Shown here: in pieces, positions 1 to 12,545 of the stretch
Layout of the letters: each line of letters begins with the position of its first letter
How positions within the stretch are numbered: position 1 is the first letter of the stretch
Source of the DNA: an uncultured Verrucomicrobiae bacterium
GTDB lineage: Bacteria; Verrucomicrobiota; Verrucomicrobiia; Chthoniobacterales; JAFAMB01
Reading direction: 5' to 3'
DNA: 64,000 nucleotides
NCBI GenBank assembly: GCA_963762565.1
Contig: CAVXLD010000010.1
Span: 477,514-541,513 of the forward strand
The notes under the pieces: generated by a model
What the model was told of the DNA's origin: nothing
Databases searched by the model: none
What the model saw: only the letters and a program-made list of their open reading frames with translations
Translations under genes and position numbers: made by a program

Positions 1-1
1 A

Positions 2-820
2 AAGTCGATGATCGAAGCCGCTGAGCGGGAAGGCATTATTAATAAGGACACGACCATTGTTGAACCCACTAGCGGCAACACCGGCATTGCGTTGGCATTC
101 GTGTGCGCGGCTAAGGGCTACAATCTGATTTTGACCATGCCGGAAACAATGAGCATGGAACGGCGGACGCTCTTGGCCATGCTGGGCGCTAAATTGATAT
201 TGACCCCAGGGTCCGAAGGAATGAAAGGCTCCATTGCTAGAGCGGAAGAAATTCTCAAGACAACTCCGAATTCTTGGATGCCACAACAGTTCAACAACCC
301 CGCTAATCCAGAAGTTCATCGCTTAACTACGGCCGAGGAGATCTGGAACGATACGGATGGGAAAGTCGACATTCTGATTTCAGCGGTCGGCACCGGCGGC
401 ACGATTACCGGAGTGACTGAGGTCATCAAAAAACGTAAACCGTCCTTTAAAGCAATTGCTGTGGAGCCCAAAGATTCACAAGTGATCACGCAGACGCTTA
501 AAGGAGAACCTCTAAAGCCCGGGCCACACAAGATCCAAGGCACCGGGGCCGGCTTTGTACCTTCAAATTTGCACCTGGATATCGTAGATGAGGTCATTAC
601 GGTATCTAACGAGGATTCGATTCTCATGGCGCGCAGGCTGGCAAAAGAGGAGGGTATTCTAGCCGGGATCAGTTCGGGCGCGAACGTGTGGGCGGCTCTG
701 CAAGTCGCACAACGCCCGGAGAATCACGGGAAATTGATCGTCACGGTGGCTTGTTCCACCGGTGAACGGTACCTCAGCACAGCCCTCGCCGATGAAGCTC
801 GCGGGGAAATCGGCGGCTAA
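2..820 (+). CDS. cysK: Cysteine synthase A, 5'-truncated by window edge
   Basis: [41 protein letters not shown] motifs; frame open from position 2. Confidence 0.95.
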   Translation, partial: KSMIEAAEREGIINKDTTIVEPTSGNTGIALAFVCAAKGYNLILTMPETMSMERRTLLAMLGAKLILTPGSEGMKGSIARAEEILKTTPNSWMPQQFNNPANPEVHRLTTAEEIWNDTDGKVDILISAVGTGGTITGVTEVIKKRKPSFKAIAVEPKDSQVITQTLKGEPLKPGPHKIQGTGAGFVPSNLHLDIVDEVITVSNEDSILMARRLAKEEGILAGISSGANVWAALQVAQRPENHGKLIVTVACSTGERYLSTALADEARGEIGG

Positions 821-840
821 GAAAGGTTTTAGAACTTTGC

Positions 841-1647
841 ATGTCCAGTGACCAACAGATATCAGTCCCGAGCTTAACGGCCGTCCAGGTCGAGCTCTTT
901 TGGGCGCAGCACGGGAAAAAAGTCTTGATCGGAGCCGCCTTGGTACTCTTGATCTTAATCGGGATCGGCGCTTACCTGGGCTATCAAGCCGTCCGTAACT
1001 CCAGGGCAGACAAGGCGTTCGTCGGAGCTCATGATATTAAGGGCTGGGAATCGGTCATTCACCGGTATGCTGGAACACTCGCGGCCGGTAATGCCTATCT
1101 GGAAATCGCGGCAGCTCAGGCCGCCAGCGGTCAGTACAACGAATCTGACAAATCCTATCAGGCCTTCATTAAGGATTATTTGAGTCACCCTCTTTTCGTA
1201 AACGGGCTTTTCGGACTAGCCTCAAATGCGGAAGCCGAAGGTAAATCTGACGAAGCTCTCAAGTACTACTCAGATATCTTTAGCAACAGCAAGTACAGGT
1301 TGAGCTACCTGGCGCCGATGGCGGTTTATTACCATGGCAGGATCAGCGAGCGGAGCGGTAACCCAAAAGGAGCTCTCCAGGATTTCGAAGAACTGATTCA
1401 GGATTATCCGCAGAGTGTTATGGCCCTCACGGCGAGAAAAGATGCGGATCGACTAACTACTAAACTCGGCCTCAACGTTCAGGCGAAACCAAGCCCAAGC
1501 GTTGCCGGCGCATCCGCCAGTCCTCAAGCCTCACCAAGCACTTCCCCTACCGCGCAGGGATCACCAAGTGTACAGGTTTCTCCAAGTGCCCAGGCATCGG
1601 CAACGCCTGTAGCAAGTGCAACTCCGAGATCCACTTTGGAGCCATAA
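841..1647 (+). CDS. Membrane-anchored TPR protein (YfgM-like) with Ser/Pro/Ala-rich tail
   Basis: Single N-terminal TM helix, TPR-like helices, low-complexity C-terminus. Confidence 0.7.
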   Translation: MSSDQQISVPSLTAVQVELFWAQHGKKVLIGAALVLLILIGIGAYLGYQAVRNSRADKAFVGAHDIKGWESVIHRYAGTLAAGNAYLEIAAAQAASGQYNESDKSYQAFIKDYLSHPLFVNGLFGLASNAEAEGKSDEALKYYSDIFSNSKYRLSYLAPMAVYYHGRISERSGNPKGALQDFEELIQDYPQSVMALTARKDADRLTTKLGLNVQAKPSPSVAGASASPQASPSTSPTAQGSPSVQVSPSAQASATPVASATPRSTLEP

Positions 1648-1695
1648 AGCCTGTATCGCTCAAAAATGCATATGCATTTTTGAGCGATACAGGCT
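1648..1695. repeat. Perfect 48-bp palindrome between convergent genes, possible bidirectional terminator/REP-like element
   Basis: agcctgtatcgctcaaaaatgcat|atgcatttttgagcgatacaggct; relative at 40569-40617. Confidence 0.9.
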
Positions 1696-2515
1696 AAATC
1701 GGCGCCAATGTGAAGTCAGTACCGGCGTCCGAATCATGGTCGGGCTCGTGGTGGTCCGCAGCTGGTTTCAACAGATCACCTTGAACCATTGTTGATTGGC
1801 CGATCGTCAATTCACCTGAGAACTCACCACCGCGATCAACCAAAAAGCTTTTTGCATTAACCGTTCCCCGCAGCACGCCTCCTTTTTTCACCACTACCTT
1901 GCCGCTAGAGAGGATCCGACCCGACATCGTTCCCTCCACCTCAATAAGCTCACCCCGGAGAGGACGCACCAGCTCCACTTCAGTTTTCTTGTCGATTATT
2001 ACGTGCTTGCTTTCGAGGCTGCCGCTCAGCTTGCCTCTAAGCCGGATCCGCAAAACAGTTGCGCAGATCAAACTGCCCCGCATGTGGCCCTGGATTTCAG
2101 CGGACTCGCAAATCGCACGATTACTGTTGAGATCACCTTTTGGGGTAATCACTAACGAACCGCGAGTTCGAATCGACCGGCTATAGGACCCAACAATCTT
2201 GTAGTCCTGCAGATCGATGTAGGCCCCGCAGAGCGGACAGATAGTAGAAGTCGCGTTACGGCCAACCTCTCGTCGACCGTTGCATTCAAAGCACCGGGCG
2301 ACAAACGTCCTTTGGACACCCAGCAGACCCTCTACCTTTTCAAAAAGGGTAGGTTCTTTAGGGCCAGCCGGCGATGGGCCAGGCACCCGGCCGCCTTTTG
2401 CGATTTGAATATACCCACTGCACTTACGGCAGTAGGTCGACTTCGCCAGCTCAGGCTCTAGCTGAATGTTACCGCAGTGAGGACATTGAACTTCTACTCG
2501 TCCTTTTGCAGCCAC
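1694..2515 (-). CDS. Bactofilin-domain protein with two N-terminal zinc ribbons
   Basis: CPHC..CRKC and CFEC..CPLC followed by bactofilin-type beta-helix repeats. Confidence 0.8.
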   Translation of the reverse strand: MAAKGRVEVQCPHCGNIQLEPELAKSTYCRKCSGYIQIAKGGRVPGPSPAGPKEPTLFEKVEGLLGVQRTFVARCFECNGRREVGRNATSTICPLCGAYIDLQDYKIVGSYSRSIRTRGSLVITPKGDLNSNRAICESAEIQGHMRGSLICATVLRIRLRGKLSGSLESKHVIIDKKTEVELVRPLRGELIEVEGTMSGRILSSGKVVVKKGGVLRGTVNAKSFLVDRGGEFSGELTIGQSTMVQGDLLKPAADHHEPDHDSDAGTDFTLAPI

Positions 2516-2526
2516 TCGGTACTCCT

Positions 2527-3045
2527 TTATCGCGGAGCGCCGACTTCTTGCGGTTTTTCCTTAGTCCCCAGCTCCTTCAACATCCCCTTATTCGGGCTAA
2601 CTTCTGATTTACCGACGAAGGTCGCACCTTCCTCGATTATCAAACGCGCTGCGCGTAAATCACCGATCAGTTGCGACCGAGATCGCAGCTCGCAACGTTC
2701 GTTAACCGTGATATTGCCATGCACTTTACCCATCACGATCACCGATTTCGCTTTGACTTCGCCGTGAACATCCCCGCTCTCTCCCACCGTCAGGATGCCA
2801 TCATTCGAAGTAATCTCCCCCTCGAGCTTACCATCAAAAGTAAACTCATTTGCGAATTTAATGGAGCCCTTTATTTCAACGTCATTTGCTAAGGAGTTCT
2901 TAGTTGATTGATCTGCCATAACGGATGTTTTTGATGTTAGATTTTTCGATTCTGCGGCCTTGGGAGGTTGCGGAGTTTCCCCGGATTCAGTCTCCTCATT
3001 GGTCGGGCCTGATCCTGGCTTTTGGGGGATAAACTTCTTGAGCAC
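2527..3045 (-). CDS. Bactofilin (polymer-forming cytoskeletal protein); start uncertain
   Basis: DVEIKGSIKF..FDGKLEGEI..GEVKAKSVIVMGKVHGNI..IEEGATFVG. Confidence 0.9.
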   Translation of the reverse strand: MLKKFIPQKPGSGPTNEETESGETPQPPKAAESKNLTSKTSVMADQSTKNSLANDVEIKGSIKFANEFTFDGKLEGEITSNDGILTVGESGDVHGEVKAKSVIVMGKVHGNITVNERCELRSRSQLIGDLRAARLIIEEGATFVGKSEVSPNKGMLKELGTKEKPQEVGAPR

Positions 3046-3193
3046 GGTCGCAACTATGGATTTGCCGATTGGATTGTCAACGCTTTACAAGAACGAAATT
3101 GCCGCGATACCGCTATTTTAGTACAGCGCCGCTGATTCCGCAGAAAGTGTAACCGTCGAAGTCAATTAACCTAGCTGCCCGCCCCACGTTGAA

Positions 3194-3278
3194 GGTGATA
3201 GGTGATTAGTGATTGGTGATTAGCTACAAGCTTCTGTCACCGATTCTACCAATCACGAATCACCAATCACCAATCACT
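3194..3278. repeat. Inverted pair of heptamer arrays (GGTGATT)n / (AATCACC)n
   Basis: Four units per arm around a ~26-nt spacer; right arm abuts the stop of the 3278 gene. Confidence 0.9.
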
Positions 3279-4678
3279 TATTCGTTCCCTGCCAGTTCCT
3301 CCGCGGGATACGTCCAGATCTCGCTTAGCGTCGGGTGATAGTGAGGAATCGAAGCCAGGTCCGACGCGGTGGCTCGGAAATGCATCGCAACTACAATTTC
3401 ATGAATTAGTTCCGCTGCTTCGGGTCCTAGCGCAGCCGCACCTAAAATTTCGCCACTCTTAGCGTGCACGATCAGTTTCACGAACCCTTCCGGTTCTCCC
3501 CGCACTAGACTCTTGCCATGGTCAGCAAATGGATAACTCGCTTTTCGAAACGGGATTTTTTGCTTAACAGCTTCTCGCTCCGTCAATCCGACAAAGGCGA
3601 GCTGAGGGTGCGAAAAAACGGCAAAAAGACGCAACCGATAATCGATCCGACCCAACTCTTTCCCTGCCAGCGATCTTTGAGCGTTTTTTGCTGCTACCAC
3701 CGCTTGCTCAATCGCGATATGCACAACGTCATAAAGCCCAGTGACATCGCCAGCAGCAAATAGATGGGATTGAGATGTTTGCATGCGGTCATTCACCAGA
3801 ATGCCGCCTTGCGGCGAGAGCTCGACTTCAGCCGCCTTTAGATTTAATCCCCCGAGCGCGGGACGTCGGCCCAGAGCGTAGAAAATCTCGTTCGCCGCTA
3901 CTCTTCGCTCTACACCGTCATGCTGGAAATAGACCGCCTTCTCTCCCTTCTCGGCGGCAACTCTCAACAATTTTGTGTCACAGATCATCTCCACGCCTTG
4001 CTGTCGCAACGCCTCCGTCAACGCGCTGGAGGCATCGGCGTCTGCCTCCTTGAGAAACTGCCGGTTCCTCTGGACCACTGTCACCTTCGAACCTAAAGAG
4101 TTGTAAAAGGTTGCAAACTCGAGGGCGATCGCGCCTCCCCCTAGAATGATCACCGATGGAGGAACAACATCCGCATCGAGCGCCAGATCGCTGTGAAGGA
4201 AGGGTGTCTGCGCCAGTCCCGGAATTTCGAGAAGGTTCAGCTCTGAGCCAGTTGAGATCAGCCCGAACCGAAACCGCACTTCTATTTCTTTAGACTCAAG
4301 AGTTGCCAACCGGAGCGCGTGCGGGGACAAAAACGAGGCGCGGGCCCGAACAAACTCAAACTTTCCGTTCTCGAGCTGCGAACTCCGGTAACCTGCAAAT
4401 TCGCCGATGAGTCTCCGCTTACGCTCCCGAATAGCAGCCACATCATAGCCGATTTGGCCGGCGCTCAACCCGAACTCTTTCGCTCGTCGCAAGGTTAGGA
4501 AGCGATTCGCGGATTCCAGGATGGTCTTGCTGGGCATGCACCCGCGGAGAATACAAAGTCCCCCAACTTCAGCCCCTCCCTCGATACAGATAGTTCGCAA
4601 TCCAAGCCGGCTGGCGGTCGCGGCGGCAGCGTACCCGGCACTGCCTCCTCCGATCACCGCAAAATCGTATTCCGTCAT
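3278..4678 (-). CDS. Pyridine nucleotide-disulfide oxidoreductase (dihydrolipoamide dehydrogenase/MerA-like family)
   Basis: GGGSAG FAD motif, CILRGCMPSK redox centre, HPTLSE; no C-terminal MerA Cys pair. Confidence 0.85.
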   Translation of the reverse strand: MTEYDFAVIGGGSAGYAAAATASRLGLRTICIEGGAEVGGLCILRGCMPSKTILESANRFLTLRRAKEFGLSAGQIGYDVAAIRERKRRLIGEFAGYRSSQLENGKFEFVRARASFLSPHALRLATLESKEIEVRFRFGLISTGSELNLLEIPGLAQTPFLHSDLALDADVVPPSVIILGGGAIALEFATFYNSLGSKVTVVQRNRQFLKEADADASSALTEALRQQGVEMICDTKLLRVAAEKGEKAVYFQHDGVERRVAANEIFYALGRRPALGGLNLKAAEVELSPQGGILVNDRMQTSQSHLFAAGDVTGLYDVVHIAIEQAVVAAKNAQRSLAGKELGRIDYRLRLFAVFSHPQLAFVGLTEREAVKQKIPFRKASYPFADHGKSLVRGEPEGFVKLIVHAKSGEILGAAALGPEAAELIHEIVVAMHFRATASDLASIPHYHPTLSEIWTYPAEELAGNE

Positions 4679-4780
4679 TGTCAGCATCGGCAATGTCAGC
4701 TGGGCCATCGGAAGCGTCAATCATTCAAAATCTTGAGGTTATGAATGGTTGAAACTACAATCTGTTGCATACTTACTGGC

Positions 4781-4809
4781 TTGCAAAAACAGCTTGCTCC
4801 GCATATACT
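4781..4809 (+). promoter_or_regulatory. Sigma70-type promoter of gyrB
   Basis: TTGCAA-17 bp-TATACT about 80 nt upstream of the gyrB ATG. Confidence 0.7.
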
Positions 4810-4831
4810 TAAGACTCAAGTTTCGCCCTGA

Positions 4832-7414
<2,583 letters not shown>

Positions 7415-7431
7415 TCGAGTTCCGTGTTTGA

Positions 7432-7515
7432 AGTTGCGGGTTGCGAGTTAGCAACTGCACGTGCGGATACGCCGATAACTCGCAACTCGTTACACGTAAC
7501 CCCTAACCCGCAACT
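7432..7515. repeat. Inverted pair of heptamer arrays (GTTGCGR)n / (AACYCGC)n between gyrB and gyrA
   Basis: agttgcgggttgcgagtt ... aactcgcaactcg ... aacccgcaact. Confidence 0.7.
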
Positions 7516-7523
7516 GGTTGCCA

Positions 7524-10106
7524 ATGCCTGATCCAAACCAAAAAGTCGAAGCCGTCAACGTCGCGGAAGAGATGTCGAAGTCGTTCCTCGACTATTCGAT
7601 GTCGGTCATTATTTCTCGCGCACTCCCCGATGCTCGTGACGGACTAAAACCTTCCCAACGCCGGATCCTCTATTCCATGCAGGGACTCGGGGTGCTACCC
7701 AATCGCAAGCACGTCAAGTGCGCCAAGATCGTGGGTGACACGATGGGTAACTATCATCCTCACGGCGATATGGCGATTTATCCTACCCTCGTCCATATGG
7801 CCCAGCCTTGGGCAATGCGGGAAGTTTTGATTGAGGGCCAAGGTAATTTCGGCTCCATGGACGGAGATCCGCCCGCGTCGATGCGGTACACGGAAGCCCG
7901 GCTAACCCACCTCGGCGCCGCCCTGATGGAGGACATGGATCGGGGTACGGTGGATTTCGTTCCCAACTATGACGAGACCTTGGAGGAGCCGACCGTCTTT
8001 CCGGCGGCATTCCCGAACCTACTGATAAATGGCGGTACCGGCATCGCCGTCGGGATGGCAACCAACATCCCCCCTCACAACCTGGGAGAAATCGTCTCCG
8101 GAGTGTGCGAGTTGATCGATAATCCTGCGCTGACCGTCGGCCAGCTGCTCGAGATTATCAAAGGCCCTGACTTCCCTACCGGTTGCACTATCTTCGGGAC
8201 CAGTGGTATTCGGCAGTACTTCGAGACCGGACGCGGGATTGTTCGGGTCCGAGGCAAGGCGACGATCGAGGAGGGAAAACACAGCCGGGAAGTCCTGGTA
8301 ATCACTGAGATCCCGTTCAACGTCAATCGAGCAGAGTTGATCAAGCGGATTGCCGCCCTGATTCAGGAAAAAGTGATCACTGATATTAGTGATATCCGCG
8401 ATCTGTCCGATGAAAACACCCGTATCGAGATCGAGCTCAAACGGGACGCAAACGCGAATGTAGTCCTGAACAACCTCTACAAGCATACCGCTTTGGAGAG
8501 TTCCTTCGCCGTCAACATGCTCGCGATCGATCATGGGCGGCCGAAACTACTATCTGTCATCGAGGCCCTGCATTGTTACATCGAGCACCGGCGTGACGTG
8601 GTGTTGAGGCGGACTCGCTATCTATTAAAGCAGGCAGAGCAACGGGCGGAGACCTTGGAGGGTTATCTTATCGCTCTCGCTCATCTGGATGACTTTATCG
8701 AGATCGTTCGGAACTCAGCCAACCGAGAAGAAGCACGAGTAAAACTGTTGGCGTACGAATTCAGTCAAAGCCAAGTCGAACAGATCGGTATTCGCATCCG
8801 GAGCGAAGCGCGCTTGGTGGACGGCCGGTACGTTTTTAGCGAACAGCAAGCAGATCAAATCCTTGACCTTCGACTCTACCAACTGACCGGGCTAGAACGA
8901 GAAAAGATCACCGGCGAGTACGGCGAACTTCTCACCCGCATCAATGATCTGGTCGATATCTTGAATCGGGCAGACCGGGTGATGAGCATCATCAAGGAAG
9001 AGCTCTTAAAGGTTAAGGACAAATACGATTCAGCGAGGATGACGCAAATCGTCCCCGCCGAAGGTGATATCGACATCGAAGACCTCATCGCCAATGAAGG
9101 GTGTATTATCACGATTACTCACGGTGGCTATATCAAGCGGACGGCGGAAAGCGAGTTCCGGGCGCAACGCCGCGGCGGTCGTGGAGTAATCGGGATGACC
9201 ACTCGCGAAGCGATGATGGAGGGCGAGGAAGGGGATTTCGTTGAACACCTGTTCACCGCAAGCACCCACGATTCTCTAATGTTCTTTACGCAGACCGGCC
9301 GCTGCTACGTGGAAAAGGTCTACCAGATTCCGGAGATGAGCAGATCGTCGAAAGGGCGCGCTATCGCAAATCTGCTCGAATTGCGTCCGGAGGAGAAGAT
9401 CGCTGCCACGCTGCGCATAGAAGCAAAAAAGGAAGAAGGTTCGACCGAAGAAACCACCTGGAACCCGAACCTTCATATCATGTTTGCCACCAGGCACGGT
9501 CTGGTGAAAAAAACCAATCTTTCTGAATTCGCCAATGTTCGCAGAGGAGGCATTATCGCCATTCAAATCGAGCAGGAAGACGAGTTGATCGATGCTCTCC
9601 TGACCAATGGCGGTGAAGAAGTGGTGCTCATCACCAAAGACGGGATGAGTATCCGGTTTAAGGAAGACGATGCTCGAGATATGGGGCGGAACGCGATCGG
9701 CGTCTGGGGCATCCGGCCTGAACCGGGAGATGAAGTCGTCGGTATCGCAAAGGTCGTTGCTGACGCCAAATTGCTCGTCGCCGGAGCCAATGGCATCGGA
9801 AAAAGAACCGACTTCGAGGAATATCGTCTGCAGTCTCGCGGTGGGAAAGGAATCATCACGATGAAGACCGGAGATCGAACCGGCGAAGTCATTGGAGCTT
9901 TGTCCGCTTATGAGCACGACGAAGTCATGCTGATCACCACGGGCGGACAAATGGTGCGCTTGCGGGTCAGTGAGATCCGGGAGACGGGAAGAAACACAAT
10001 GGGAGTAAAGCTCATCAACCTCATCGAGGGGGAGAAGCTTCAGGATATTGCTCCAGTGGTTTCGCAGGAAGATTTGGAGACTGAAGGAGAGGAAGCAGCA
10101 GGTTAG
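7524..10106 (+). CDS. gyrA: DNA gyrase subunit A
   Basis: [25 protein letters not shown], GyrA-box QRRGGRG, C-terminal pinwheel repeats. Confidence 0.97.
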   Translation: MPDPNQKVEAVNVAEEMSKSFLDYSMSVIISRALPDARDGLKPSQRRILYSMQGLGVLPNRKHVKCAKIVGDTMGNYHPHGDMAIYPTLVHMAQPWAMREVLIEGQGNFGSMDGDPPASMRYTEARLTHLGAALMEDMDRGTVDFVPNYDETLEEPTVFPAAFPNLLINGGTGIAVGMATNIPPHNLGEIVSGVCELIDNPALTVGQLLEIIKGPDFPTGCTIFGTSGIRQYFETGRGIVRVRGKATIEEGKHSREVLVITEIPFNVNRAELIKRIAALIQEKVITDISDIRDLSDENTRIEIELKRDANANVVLNNLYKHTALESSFAVNMLAIDHGRPKLLSVIEALHCYIEHRRDVVLRRTRYLLKQAEQRAETLEGYLIALAHLDDFIEIVRNSANREEARVKLLAYEFSQSQVEQIGIRIRSEARLVDGRYVFSEQQADQILDLRLYQLTGLEREKITGEYGELLTRINDLVDILNRADRVMSIIKEELLKVKDKYDSARMTQIVPAEGDIDIEDLIANEGCIITITHGGYIKRTAESEFRAQRRGGRGVIGMTTREAMMEGEEGDFVEHLFTASTHDSLMFFTQTGRCYVEKVYQIPEMSRSSKGRAIANLLELRPEEKIAATLRIEAKKEEGSTEETTWNPNLHIMFATRHGLVKKTNLSEFANVRRGGIIAIQIEQEDELIDALLTNGGEEVVLITKDGMSIRFKEDDARDMGRNAIGVWGIRPEPGDEVVGIAKVVADAKLLVAGANGIGKRTDFEEYRLQSRGGKGIITMKTGDRTGEVIGALSAYEHDEVMLITTGGQMVRLRVSEIRETGRNTMGVKLINLIEGEKLQDIAPVVSQEDLETEGEEAAG

Positions 10107-10146
10107 CCAGCGAGTGGGCGTATCCAGCAAATGTCGCAATCGCCGT

Positions 10147-10470
10147 GTCCCGTAGGGACTAAATGATAGTAGCCTGACTCCGCAAGGCCTACGTCGCGAT
10201 CGCACCGGTTGGTCGGCAAAATCGAAGGCTTCGGGTGCGCCGTAGTCTGCGAAGGCGACCCGGCAGTTTTTACTGCCTGGACCCAGATTAGAGAAAGCGT
10301 TCCGTCCCGTTAGGGTACGGTGTGATCGGGTCCACGGTTTTGTGCTCGGCGCGGGATTACCTACAGTCACGACAAACCAAATCATACCGTCTCTACGAGA
10401 CGGGTCTCTTTTTTTGGCGTTGTTCCAGGCAGTAAAACTGCCACGTTACGTTCATTCTGTCCCTCCGGGA
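10147..10470. repeat. Large REP/MITE-like palindromic element (GTCCCGTAGGGAC family) with nested insert
   Basis: Mirrored modules gtcccgtagggac/gtccctccggga, ggcagtttttactgcctgga/tccaggcagtaaaactgcc, gtacggtgtgat/atcataccgt; half copy at 34158-34200. Confidence 0.8.
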
Positions 10471-10727
10471 GATTTCCGACTAGCGCCCGCAGGAACCTCG
10501 GCAGAACCAGGCGGCGCAACGATCGCTTCCAGGATATTGCGCCACCTGGTCGCATTCCTAATCATCTCAGTGTATAATTATCGCCATAATCTGGCCATGA
10601 CCGCACCGGTCCCGCGAATGAGAGCCCTATTGGCGCAAAATAGACTTCGGCCCCCGCTTTTCGCGAACTAAGAATCTTTTGCGGTTGCCGACGCTCGTTT
10701 GCTCTTTAGAGTTTAGGCACTTCTGTT

Positions 10728-11177
10728 ATGGGAACGCGAAAGCGAAAATTGTCAGTCATGAGGCTCCCGGTCCAGCGCGAGCTTGAGCTTTCCCACGAGG
10801 GGCAATATTTCGACCTGCGAGCGCTCTTCGATAAGCTAAACGCTGAATACTTTAATGGCGCGCTGCGCGGTTACACCATCACTTGGGGCCGCAAACGAAA
10901 GCTCCCCCCGAAAGAATACTTTGTATTCGGGACGATCCAGGAAGAGGACCGGGTCATCCGGATTCATCCGCTTCTCGATGCGGCGTTCGTTCCGACCTGG
11001 TTTCTCGAGTACGTCATCTATCACGAGATGCTGCACGCGGTTGTACCGGAAGAGGAAGATGCCACCGGCCGCCGTCGAATTCATACCGACGAATTCTACC
11101 GTCGGGAACAGCGGTTTCATTGCTACCAGAGAGCTCGCCGCTGGGAGGACGAAAACCTGGATCGTTTTTTGCGATAG
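10728..11177 (+). CDS. SprT-like zinc metalloprotease domain protein
   Basis: FDKLNAEYF, IRIHPLLD, YHEMLH (HExxH) plus downstream His. Confidence 0.8.
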   Translation: MGTRKRKLSVMRLPVQRELELSHEGQYFDLRALFDKLNAEYFNGALRGYTITWGRKRKLPPKEYFVFGTIQEEDRVIRIHPLLDAAFVPTWFLEYVIYHEMLHAVVPEEEDATGRRRIHTDEFYRREQRFHCYQRARRWEDENLDRFLR

Positions 11178-11183
11178 CTGATT

Positions 11184-11507
11184 ATGGAGGTCCTCGTGGT
11201 CACCTGTACTTTTCCTGGCCACGAGATGGCCTGGAGAATCAGCCGGGCCGCAGTGGAAAATGGCCTAGCTGCCTGCGCGACGCTGATACCGGAAGCCAAA
11301 TCGATATACCGTTGGAAAGGTCAGATCGAAACCGCCCAAGAGACGGTTGTCACCTTCAAAACCACGAAGAACCAGTTCGAGGCGCTTCGAGAGTTTGTTG
11401 TGAAAGATCATCCTTACGAAGTTCCAGAGGTCATAGCATGGCCGGCGTCAGATGGCTCGCCAGAATACCTGGCCTGGGTAGAAGCGAGTACCGGAGGAAG
11501 CAAATAG
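11184..11507 (+). CDS. cutA: Divalent-cation tolerance protein CutA
   Basis: LAACA, SIYRWKG, HPYEVPEVI, YLAWV. Confidence 0.93.
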   Translation: MEVLVVTCTFPGHEMAWRISRAAVENGLAACATLIPEAKSIYRWKGQIETAQETVVTFKTTKNQFEALREFVVKDHPYEVPEVIAWPASDGSPEYLAWVEASTGGSK

Positions 11508-11509
11508 AC

Positions 11510-11730
11510 GGTAGGGCGAAAATCTCGACGCTCCCAGGACAAGTCTCCTATCTGCAGGTTTCGCGCGCCGGATTTGAGCCGCGCCGTGCGGCTAATATCT
11601 AACCTGACTTGGAATCGCCCATATCGACAATATCCTGGGCAATGAGACGGCCACGCAATGGCTCAAATCGGGACCGACGATGGCTGCGAGGTGGAAAACA
11701 AAAATGCGAGCCGAGATTTTTGCCCGGCCG
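11510..11730. repeat. GGTAGGGCGAAAA-family palindromic element
   Basis: Left arm matches the reverse complement of 29581-29663; degenerate right arm ggctcaaatcgg..cgagatttttgccc. Confidence 0.7.
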
Positions 11731-11784
11731 ACGTTGGGTTCGTCGCAGCTCAACGTCGGATACAGCGCTTAATAATCAGCCGAC

Positions 11785-12486
11785 CTACGGTTTCTTAGTC
11801 GGGCTAGGGAAGCCACCCGGCTTGGTATTCACCGCCGGAGTATTCGAGGCGCCTGGTTTTGTCTCTGTTTTACTCGTGGAAGGTGCAGCCGCCGGTCGAT
11901 TCGCGTTCAATTTCGCGATCACTGCGTCGCTGAAGTCAATGTCGGCCTTAGCAAACAGCAAAACCGGTGTACCAAGAGCGGCACTCTGCCCCGATTTATC
12001 AAAAACCAAATCGAAATTCTGTGCCTTCACCTGGTCGGTCACAACTTTCATGATCTCTTCGACCAAAGCCGAGATCATGTGCGTCTTCTCGTCTTGAAGT
12101 TGTTTTTGACGAGTCGAACGAAAATCCTGAATTTCCCGCTCCAATCCATTGGTTTCCGCGATCTTTGAATCCCTTTCCTGGGCTTTTTGGTCTTTGCTAG
12201 CGCCACTCAGGTCCGGCTTATTTAGCTCCTCATTTAGCTTGTTGATGGTATCAAGATTCTTCTTGTAGGAATCCATTCGCGAATTCAGCTCATCCTGAGC
12301 GGATCTTTGAGCTTCCTCGAGCTTTGCTTGTGCCTCTTGAGTCTTGTAGTAGCCCGCCATGACCTTAGCCATGTCGATGGTACCGATTTTCAACTCTGCT
12401 TTTGCTTGGGACGATACGCCAAAGCCCAAGATGGCAGCGACGCAAGCCCACACGACGAATGAGGAGGTTTTATTCATTATATTCAT
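11785..12486 (-). CDS. skp: Periplasmic chaperone Skp/OmpH
   Basis: Signal peptide, LKIGTIDM, long coiled coil, FDLVFDKS; follows bamA. Confidence 0.9.
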   Translation of the reverse strand: MNIMNKTSSFVVWACVAAILGFGVSSQAKAELKIGTIDMAKVMAGYYKTQEAQAKLEEAQRSAQDELNSRMDSYKKNLDTINKLNEELNKPDLSGASKDQKAQERDSKIAETNGLEREIQDFRSTRQKQLQDEKTHMISALVEEIMKVVTDQVKAQNFDLVFDKSGQSAALGTPVLLFAKADIDFSDAVIAKLNANRPAAAPSTSKTETKPGASNTPAVNTKPGGFPSPTKKP

Positions 12487-12545
12487 TAACTAACAATGGA
12501 CGGGGCTTTCCGGGTTTAAGTGAGACGCCCCCCGAATCAAACACT

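Noticed and set aside
3278..4678. Mercuric reductase merA
   Set aside because: No C-terminal Cys pair and no mer operon
9276..10385. 369-aa minus ORF
   Set aside because: Antisense shadow of gyrA starting in a repeat
10342..10671. 109-aa ORF
   Set aside because: Largely translated repeat element
10883..11602. 239-aa ORF
   Set aside because: Alternative frame over the SprT-like gene and cutA
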